A stretch of DNA of 17,789 bases, taken from contig JBAXWY010000053.1 in the NCBI GenBank assembly GCA_037128175.1, forward strand, positions 1-17,789. Direction: 5' to 3'. A program made the translations under genes and the position numbers. The notes beneath the pieces were generated by a model. The model worked only from the letters and a program-made list of their open reading frames with translations. It did no database searches and was not told the DNA's origin. Source of the DNA: Methanothrix sp. GTDB taxonomy: Archaea; Halobacteriota; Methanosarcinia; Methanotrichales; Methanotrichaceae. Shown in pieces: positions 14,767 to 17,789 of this stretch (position 1 is the stretch's first letter; each line of letters begins with the position of its first letter).

Positions 14767-17613
14767 TCACTGGTTTTGCTCTAGTCTTTGCCCGACCTCT
14801 CCGGCAAGTTTTGCATAAGGGCTCCCCAGTTCCTGGAAAGCCGCCTCCGCCAGACGAATCAGGCGCAAGGCTTCCCTCACATTCCCATTTTTCTCTTCTA
14901 GCAACGCAATCTGCGTCTGAGAGTATGCAATGCCGCTTTTATCATCCAGTTTCTGGGAGATTTCCAGGCTTTTTTGGAACAGCCCTCGTGCCTTATCAAT
15001 TTTTTTTTCAAGACAGCCTAGAATGCCCAGCTCGTAAAGTAAAGTCGAAATATCATTCTTGTCGTCCAACTCCTGAGCGATTTCAAGGCTCTGTTGGAAT
15101 AGTCGTCCTGCCTCATTGTAGTCGCAACTAGCTTCGGCCAGGATGCCCAGATCGCCCAGCAGTTTCGAAACACAGCTCTTATCTTCCAGCTCTCTGGCGA
15201 TTTTAAGGCTCTCTTGGAATAGTCGTCCTGCTTCATCGTAGTCTCTACTATCCCTTGCCAGGATGCCCAGCCAGTGCAAAGATTTTGAAACAACTCCGTT
15301 ATCCCTTCGCTCCGTGGCGATTTCCAGGCTATTTTGGAACAGCCGAAGAGCTTCTTCATAATGACTCTTGCGATAAGCCAAAATGCCTTCCTCAAGCCGC
15401 AGTTTTGAAACATTGCTATTATCCCCCAGTTCTTTTGAGATCTCTTCGCTCTGTTTGAACAGCTTCTTTGCTTCAATGTAGTTGCCCTGTTTTGAGGCAA
15501 TAATTCCTAGGTTGTGAATACACCTTGCCTTCTCATTTCTGTTTTCTAGCACTTCAGCAGCATCAATCGCTTGATTTAAGCGCAGTCTGTACTCGTTCCA
15601 GTAACCTCTGGTGTCGAGATAACTGTTCAGAGCGTAGATGTACTGCAAAACCATAAAGGATGCGACCTTGATTGCCTCAGAGGATGATTTCTGCTGCCCT
15701 GCAGCCCAGTCCATTCCGGCCAGAATATTCTCTCGTTCACACTCTAGTATTTTGAAATTATTGCTATGATGTCGGGCATATTCCAGGAAATACTTTGCAG
15801 CTCTGGGTCGAAGCTTGACCAAGAGACCTTCTCCGACCTTTCCGACGGCATACTGTCGCATTAACGGATGCAGAAGATAGCGATAAATCATAACCTCATT
15901 TCCTAACTCATCTTGAGCTATTATCTCAACCCGATCCAGGAATGATCTCCTTTCCAATTCGCCCAGATCGTTCTGCCAGTCTGACCGGCCTTCTTGATCT
16001 TCCTCAATGCAAATGCTACAGATCGCATTTTCCGTCATAGAGCCGTGGAATACCGCTAGGCGGCTAAAGAGCTCTCTCTGCCCTTCCGTCAGGCTTCTGA
16101 ATGAGACATCAAAGCGCTCCGATACCTCCTGGGGAGGATTTCGTCTCAGCTCGTCTCTAATGCTGGATAGGCTTCTGCGAGCCATGAGCGCCGCAATCAG
16201 CTTGATGGCCAGGGGATGGCCCTGCATGAAGCGCACTATCTCGTTCAGGCTCTCCAAATCCACAGGACTCAGATGCTCTCCCCACCTGGGCGAGCGGCGG
16301 CGGGCTTCTGTGATAAGCAGCCGGTCTGCTTCCTCCTGCTCCATCTCTGGCACCCGAATCTCCCGGCCCCCGCAGGGCAGGCTTTCCCTTGTGGTCACCA
16401 GGGCGACGCTGGGCTGGGGGATGCCCTCCAGGAAGCGCCAAAGACTTTGATCCTGTATGCTTTCAGCGTTATCCACTACCAGCAGGCTGGCGGTATCGTA
16501 ATTCCTGAGATAGCCTAAAACCTGGTCTCGCTTCGCATCGAGGGGAAGCGTGCGGAGCTGTGGTCCAAAGACGTTATCAAAAGCGTTAAGCATCTCCTCC
16601 AGGCCCAGGCGCTCCATTTCGGCAGCGCTCCTCCAGAAGATGCCTCCAGGATATCGCCAGGCCAGTCGTCGGGCCGCCTCGGCGGCGAGCACTGTCTTGC
16701 CGATGCCTCCCTGGCCGGTGAGGACGACCAGCTTCTCGCCAGATTGCAACGCGTCCATGGTTTGAGAGAGGAGCCCCTTGCGCCCCCGCGGCGGATCGCC
16801 CCGCATGCAGTCGCCCACGAACTCGTGCTCGGGTAGGCCAAAGAGGCGCTCGGCCTCGAAGCTGGCCCTCCCGGTGACTTTGGTCGATAGAATCCTGGCA
16901 TCCTTTCCCGGCCCCTCCAGCACAGGGATCTGTTCGCTGCCGTTCTCCAACCGCTTCAGAGCCGGCAGGGCATTCTCGAAGGCCTTTTCGATAGTCTTGC
17001 CCGATCCCAGGCCGGCGTAAAAGGGCTCGGCCAGCGCCATGGTCGCCTTTAATGGGACGGACTCATTCATCCCCAGGACGGCAGGAACGCCCTTGGCCAG
17101 CAGTACATTCTGGAGACTGGTTTCGCCTCCTTTGGCCGACTCGCAGGCGCTCAGGAAAACAAGCTTCACAGGCTGCGGCGCACTCATGACGATCTCCGCC
17201 AGCTCCTCCGCAGCCAGGGCGTCCCGTTTGCCATCCTCCTTCTCGAAGGCGAAGTAGCCCTTCGCCACCTCGTCCTCCAGCAGAGCCGTGCAACGATCGC
17301 ATTTCTTTTCCTGTGGCGAGTGGAGAGCACCGCAGTTGGGGCAGCGACGCCCCAGGGCTCCGTGGCCGTCGAAATGGACGATGTCGTAGCCGTTCAAGAT
17401 CTCGCTGCGCAGGCCCTCGACCGTGGGCGGGCGGAGCATCTTCAGGAAGGCAGGGGCCTGTACCCGTCTCAGGCCATTCTGCAAGGCCCACTGGTCGGCC
17501 AGGTTGGGCAAATCGGGCAGGTCCAGGGGCCGGGAGACAATCACCAGAACGCGAAAGCCCTGGGAGGAGGAAGCATCTTGCGGCATATCAGGGCTGAGTA
17601 CGGCTACTATCAC
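14767..17613 (-). CDS. CHAT (caspase-like) protease - STAND/NB-ARC-type NTPase - TPR protein (NLR-like)
   Basis: CHAT catalytic dyad IVHFDGHG (His84) and VFLSACES (Cys157), GVPAVLGM; Walker A GQGGIGKT, Walker B LLVVDNAE, VTTR sensor, GHPLAI, LHPL; six 40-aa TPRs. The start may be ATG 17586. Confidence 0.92.
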   Translation of the reverse strand: MIVAVLSPDMPQDASSSQGFRVLVIVSRPLDLPDLPNLADQWALQNGLRRVQAPAFLKMLRPPTVEGLRSEILNGYDIVHFDGHGALGRRCPNCGALHSPQEKKCDRCTALLEDEVAKGYFAFEKEDGKRDALAAEELAEIVMSAPQPVKLVFLSACESAKGGETSLQNVLLAKGVPAVLGMNESVPLKATMALAEPFYAGLGSGKTIEKAFENALPALKRLENGSEQIPVLEGPGKDARILSTKVTGRASFEAERLFGLPEHEFVGDCMRGDPPRGRKGLLSQTMDALQSGEKLVVLTGQGGIGKTVLAAEAARRLAWRYPGGIFWRSAAEMERLGLEEMLNAFDNVFGPQLRTLPLDAKRDQVLGYLRNYDTASLLVVDNAESIQDQSLWRFLEGIPQPSVALVTTRESLPCGGREIRVPEMEQEEADRLLITEARRRSPRWGEHLSPVDLESLNEIVRFMQGHPLAIKLIAALMARRSLSSIRDELRRNPPQEVSERFDVSFRSLTEGQRELFSRLAVFHGSMTENAICSICIEEDQEGRSDWQNDLGELERRSFLDRVEIIAQDELGNEVMIYRYLLHPLMRQYAVGKVGEGLLVKLRPRAAKYFLEYARHHSNNFKILECERENILAGMDWAAGQQKSSSEAIKVASFMVLQYIYALNSYLDTRGYWNEYRLRLNQAIDAAEVLENRNEKARCIHNLGIIASKQGNYIEAKKLFKQSEEISKELGDNSNVSKLRLEEGILAYRKSHYEEALRLFQNSLEIATERRDNGVVSKSLHWLGILARDSRDYDEAGRLFQESLKIARELEDKSCVSKLLGDLGILAEASCDYNEAGRLFQQSLEIAQELDDKNDISTLLYELGILGCLEKKIDKARGLFQKSLEISQKLDDKSGIAYSQTQIALLEEKNGNVREALRLIRLAEAAFQELGSPYAKLAGEVGQRLEQNQ
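14941..15540 (-). repeat. 120-bp coding tandem repeats (40-aa TPR units)
   Basis: Exact 120-nt periodicity, e.g. TTGGAATAGTCGTCCTGC at 15094 and 15214 and GCCAGGATGCCCAG at 15137 and 15257. Confidence 0.9.
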
Positions 17614-17680
17614 TAATCAATATGTCGATCTTCCGGCAAAAAGAGGGCCATTTGAGTCCGACTGAGAATACAAATAGAAT

Positions 17681-17711
17681 TTGCCCTTTGCTGGAGGGCA
17701 AGCTAAAAAAA
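17681..17711 (-). terminator. Hairpin plus T7 tract upstream of the CHAT operon
   Basis: Inverted repeat TTGCCCT-N7-AGGGCAA (17681-17701) adjacent to A7 (17705-17711, T7 on minus). Confidence 0.4.
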
Positions 17712-17789
17712 GCATTAGTGCCCATGCTAATCATCTAGTACAGCTGGGCTTAAATAAGCCTAATTTTAGGCTGTAAGTGCCCTCCCTCG

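Noticed and set aside
14752-14769. CHAT gene TGA is in frame with the Zn-ribbon gene, allowing a readthrough fusion
   Set aside because: One-in-three chance; the spacer contains its own SD, favouring separate translation.
14941-15540. Periodic repeats as a CRISPR array or DGR target
   Set aside because: They are in-frame, degenerate 120-bp coding units; no repeat-spacer structure, template repeat or reverse transcriptase in the window.
2473-17665. Many 60-200-aa alternative-frame and antisense ORFs overlapping thsA, moeA, ppsA, mfnA, cofH, pstS and the CHAT gene
   Set aside because: Shadow ORFs caused by GC-rich codon bias within well-supported genes; no motifs.

Overview
Archaeal methanogen chromosomal segment. 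The gene content and style suggest Methanotrichaceae/Methanosarcinales (inference). A housekeeping core (2.5-14 kb) carries a thermosome subunit, moeA, ppsA, mfnA, two tandem single-TRAM proteins, a split RsmF/NOP2-type m5C RNA methyltransferase pair, cofH and two pstS paralogues. It is flanked by two accessory regions. Left (1-2.4 kb, AT-rich): a secreted protein with an Ada-type Zn domain, two hypotheticals, and a RelE toxin followed by two small acidic peptides absent from the ORF track that share a C-terminal antitoxin-like motif. Right (14.0-17.6 kb, minus strand): a tight three-gene operon and the best candidate for an undescribed system. It encodes a CHAT (caspase-like) protease-STAND NTPase-TPR protein with a Zn ribbon inserted beside the catalytic His and a low-GC 120-bp-repeat sensor region, then a 70-aa Zn-ribbon protein, then a 3-TM protein resembling PycTM-type effectors. 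I recognised no tRNA, rRNA, CRISPR array or transposase.
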